Source: Amoebophrya sp. A120
Taxonomy: Eukaryota; Protista; Dinoflagellata
DNA length: 64,000 nucleotides
Direction of reading: 5' to 3'
Assembly: GCA_905178155.1 (NCBI GenBank)
Contig: CAJINV010000003.1
Span: forward strand, 10,175,979 to 10,239,978
In this document: one piece after another, positions 59,812 to 64,000 of the stretch
How positions within the stretch are numbered: the stretch's first letter is position 1
How the letters are laid out: every line of letters begins with the position of its first letter
Notes under the pieces: generated by a model
What the model was told of the DNA's origin: nothing
The model's input: only the letters and a program-made list of their open reading frames with translations
Databases searched by the model: none
Translations under genes and position numbers: made by a program

Positions 59812-61410
59812 CACAAAGTAAACAAAATCTACAGCGCAAAGGAGCACAGTAATCACACCGGAGACCCATGCTGGAGAAAGCAGAAAGAGCTGCAGCGTTT
59901 TGGGCGTGGTTTGCAAAGGAACCGGGATGGCCCGGGGTTTTTGTTTTTGGGCGTCATTTTTGGGGCTTAGGCCTTTTCGGCGCAGTCCTTGGGGCCCTTG
60001 TGGTTTCTTGGCCTGATCCTTGGCGAGATTTCTGTTTGCTTCCCGCATGGTGTTGCGCCAGCGTAGCGCCCTGCGTTGCATATGCTAGACAGGGCCCCCT
60101 GGGGGATATTCCTATTGGCTCCCCCCATTCCGTTCCCAGGCCCTTTCTCCGCTTCGTGATCTGGCGCAGAAGCCGGGGGCGCGATGGGCCCGCAGGCAGT
60201 TGGCCCCGGCTGTCCTCGCGCGGCCGCGGCCACTTCCTGCGCTCGGCCCCTGTCTGTCTGGACCATGCGCCGCGTCTTCCCCCTGGTCTGTCATTCGCGC
60301 CGGCGCTTTGGCGCATTTCTTGGCTCCCTTTCCCGCTTTTACATTAGTTCTTCTTTACACCAAATTCAAACCGGGCAGCTTGCCCGGGGCCGGCAGCCTG
60401 AGCTACCTACGAAGTTGCGAGACAGCTTCCTGGACGAGGAGGCCTCTGGGAGGTTCAAAGCTTTCAAATACAAGTCTACTAAAAATTCTGAAGGTTTAGC
60501 ATAGACCCCCGCTATGGTTGTAGTTTCCTTTCGCTTGCGTCTTCCACTTTTTGACTTTAGCCTTTGCTTTTTCCTTTTAGTTTTTGCCCGTAGCGGTAGC
60601 TTTCTCTTTTTTTTTAGTTCTTACTTTTAGTCTGTTGCTTTTAGTGTCTGCTTTTAGATTTTCTTCCTTTAGTTTTTTCTTTTAGGTTTTGCGTTTGGTT
60701 TCTTGGTTTTTTGCTTTTGCTTTTTGTTTTTATTTTTTGGCTTTTGCTTTCAGATTGAAATTGTGGAGTAATTGCCTGGCCATCACGACTTTAGTCGTAG
60801 CAAGGGATAGATTATAATGCTTCTAGTTTTGTGCTATCAACTGACAAAAAGAAATCGAAATCATGCGAATGGGTTTCGTTTTTATTCCAGATGTTGCAAA
60901 AAAAAAAAAGAAATCGATGCTGCAGCGACCCATCTCTCAGACGTCCAAAATCGTGTCACACTTGTTAGTAGCAATCACATGTGACGGCTCACTCGCAGTT
61001 CTTGCACGACTCTAGCCGCTATTTTGTTCGCATCTCAGACTCAGTGCAACACTTTATTTGTAGTTAAGCGCAAGTGTTGTTGCGAATGCGGTCCACAACG
61101 AAAGGAAAGAGTATGACACAAATCAAAAAATGAGAAGTCCCAACGAGAATTGATCTGCGTCATGAAATCAAAATCGGCAGATCCCGGCTGTAGTTTGTAT
61201 GACGTAGTTCTTGTAGGCTTGACCAATGACTACATCCACATGCATTTGTTCCTTGGATAAGCAACTCATTTTTATTCATACATGACCCATGTGTTGTTTA
61301 AACTAGTAGCAAGAAGGGCTGAGCATGTTTCCATCAGTTGTACTTATTTGTTTCTCGCGAAGTTCCTGCACACATACAGCAAAGGTCTAATCAAAAACGT
61401 CAAAAATATC

Positions 61411-62200
61411 ATGGGGAACAAAAGTAAGGAAGAGGAGGCGAAGGACGATGTCCGAAAGGACTACTGGGAGATTCTGCGGGCAGGCAAGAAGCGGGAGGAC
61501 CAAGGAGGCGGACAGCACAGTAGTGACGATGAAGACGCGCGACAACGAAAAGAGCGGCTGCATGAAGCGCACCGGAAAAAGCTCGACGAGGAGCGGGACA
61601 GGAGACTGGAGCGGCAGACACTGGAAACATTAAAGCAAACGAAGAAGATATCCCACGAAAAAGCTGTTCAACTGTGATGATTTTGCAAGATCTGCAGCAC
61701 AAGACTGCCACGTATGTATATGTGGGCACAGAATGGCTGCCATGCCCGCTTCCCAAGGGAAAACACGCTTCAAGATCCAATGTCTTGCAGGTGTAGTCGT
61801 AGCAAGAGAGATAGTTCTGTTCTCTATTCCTTTATTGCTATGCATCACACGTTCACAAACACAAACACAATGGAGCAGTTATTTCATGCGATAGAAGATG
61901 ATGGCGTCTTCCCCCGGCTCGGATTCGGACTCCGAGGTGCCCTTTTGGATGATGGACAGCTCCATTCGGGCGGCCCAACAGGAAAAGCTGAAGCGGGAAA
62001 AACAAAAAGAAAAAAAGAAAAAATCGAAAAAGGAGAAGAAAAAGGACAAAAAGAAAAGGAAAAAGGAAGCTGTGCGGAAAAAGGAAGACAAAAACAAAAA
62101 AAAGTCAAAAAAAGAGAGGAAAAAGCCAAAAAAGAAAAAGCGCCACTCCTCCAGTAGCGAAAGCGATTCTTCCGAAAGCGAATCCTTATCCTTGTCATAG
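61411..62200 (+). CDS. Small charged Lys/Ser-rich protein, 179 aa (exons 61411-61648 and 61899-62200)
   Basis: Two ORF halves join in frame (LKQTKK/MMASSPGSDSD) after removing a TIR element and one TSD copy. Confidence 0.75.
61649..61893. mobile_element. Introner-like TIR element
   Basis: Perfect TSD GAAGA. TATCCCACGAAAAAGCTGTTC versus reverse complement TATCGCATGAAATAACTGCTC. Confidence 0.9.
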
Positions 62201-62969
62201 AGACGATTTGTATGCGTGGCTTTTTGCGCTGCCGTGTCGCCTGTTGTTGTCGATGGACGCTACCAAAAAGAAAGATTGCGATCACGTTCACGACCTCAAA
62301 TGCAGCAGCTCCCGGGCATTGATATGATTACTCAAGCACAGTGCGAGTGTTCATCCCCATGGCACTTCCTCTGAGTAAATATTGTGCACGAATGACAGTG
62401 TTCTCAGCAACTGCAACATCTTCTGAGACTGGAGAAGACGAGGCGGCCGCGACGACGAGTTGTTTTCAAACGACGAGATTTTTGTTCTGCATCGTTTTCT
62501 ACTGCGTGCGCTTGAAGATGAAAGCTACTGCGTTTTCGCAAAAGCTACATGATGTAAGTTCGTGGTTCGTTGCGTGCTGGAGAACCATCGATACTGACAT
62601 ATTTACTATATTGTAACTATATGATTTTCATTTTTGCACTTCGTCAAAAGCAAAATAATATGCGCGAGCAAATTCGAACTAAGCACACGCAGAGGTATAT
62701 GTAGCCAGCTGCGTGTGGATGGCTTGCAACGCGCCGACACCGAGGCGCATATGCTACATGTCCTACATGTGCTCCGCGGCTGCGCGCGCGCCCCGAAAAA
62801 TTTTGAGACCCTGACGCTGTGAGACCTAAAGGAAAGCAATTCGCGCTACGAAATCTTGTTGGCGATTCTGCTAAGGGAAAGCAAATCGCGTTGGCGATTC
62901 TCTAGGATCGAGAAAAAAGCACACACATTGGCGATTCAGATCCGCAATGTTTTTGTAGATCTTCCCTTC

Positions 62970-63215
62970 TCCCGGGGGACCCGCCATCTCCGGGGGATCC
63001 ATGCTCCAGTCCCCCGGGGACGGGATCCGCTCGGGCCTCGGGGAATCCGCCCTTCCAGGGTGGGTCGGCCTTCCCCTGGGGGCCCCTCCGCCTGTTCCCC
63101 AGGGGGATCCTCCTCGAGCAGGATCCGCCCCTTCCCCGTGGGCTCCGCTTTTCCACAGATGAGGCCTCCGCTTTTCTATTCTTTGCCGGGATCTGCCTTC
63201 TCTCCAGGGGGAATA
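62970..63215. repeat. GGGGGATCC-type degenerate array related to 20990-21330
   Basis: Direct inspection. Confidence 0.75.
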
Positions 63216-64000
63216 CAAAAAGAGGCTGACCAGACAAGAATCAGGGCGATGCTCTTGGCGGGTGGATTAGCCAAGAGTGTTGCGCCAGTTCTGTAGCCTT
63301 TGACTGCGGCGCCACCCATCCCGCGGTGTTTCGTTGTGGTATGTGCTGACCCCGATGATTGGGCCGCAGCGTATTTTCACGCTTGTGGATATGGGCCCTG
63401 CGGCTTTTTTATTTTTTGTGTTCTTCCAACGGCGGGCCGGTTGGTCCGTCTGCTAGCTAGCTTTCTCCGGGTGCGGGATCGGGAGAAATGCGAAACATCG
63501 CGAAAATTAAAGAAACGCGCGAAGCGAAGGCAGGACGGGCGCCGCCCGCCTGCGGGCTCGTCCACGACCTAGCTCGAGGCCGCGGCGCGCGTCGGGAGCA
63601 GCATGGCCAGGAGGGAGAGCCTGGCCGCGCTACGTCTCTCTGCCCCCTACTTGTATTGCTGTGGGGCAATGTGCTCTCCCGCTCTGCAGTTTTTTTCTTG
63701 ACTCGTTGAAAGTGTTGTAAAGATGGAAGCTCAGGAGCAACAGGAGCCTGGTACGGTACCCGGGTCGCATAGGTGGTAAAGAAAGGCGGCCCCAGTGGAG
63801 AGAAGCAAGGGCGAGTGCGTGCGCGTAGCTTTGGCGCGTTTCGGTGTGTCGGGTATCAGGGACAGAAATCGCCAGGGGCCCGGATTTGGGGCAAACGAAG
63901 AAAAGCGGAAACGCGGAAAGAGGAAATACTTATATAAAGCACCGGGACAGCAGCTCGCCCCGGCGCCGGATTTCAAAACGGGAGCGGCTTCTGGGGGAGC

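Larger units (their letters stand above)
51991..60522. mobile_element. 8.5-kb TIR-bounded composite element with nested insertions, no intact transposase seen
   Basis: Perfect 21-bp inverted repeat TACAACCATAGCGGGGGTCTA (51991-52011 and 60502-60522). The terminal TA could be a Tc1/mariner-type TSD. Confidence 0.75.

Overview
Eukaryotic (protist) nuclear DNA, not prokaryotic. All recognisable genes lie on the + strand and are separated by GC-rich repeats and nested transposon remnants. Genes: a histone-fold (TAF9/H3-like) protein, a multi-exon hypothetical protein, a small membrane protein, an intronless TRM13 tRNA methyltransferase, a DOT1-like methyltransferase, a 16-exon calpain-like protein and a small Lys-rich protein. 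The main signal is that many introns are TIR DNA transposons sitting inside coding sequence. They have TA...TA termini, terminal inverted repeats and 5-bp target-site duplications (TSDs). Removing one element plus one TSD copy restores the reading frame, including the calpain active-site Cys motif, and several such introns have no usable GT-AG. When the flanks supply G|TA...TA|G, the same type of element becomes a canonical GT-AG intron. A copy with a perfect TSD also sits outside any recognised gene. This architecture resembles the non-canonical-intron/introner genomes of the syndinian dinoflagellate Amoebophrya, but that assignment is inference. All gene models were assembled by eye without RNA data.
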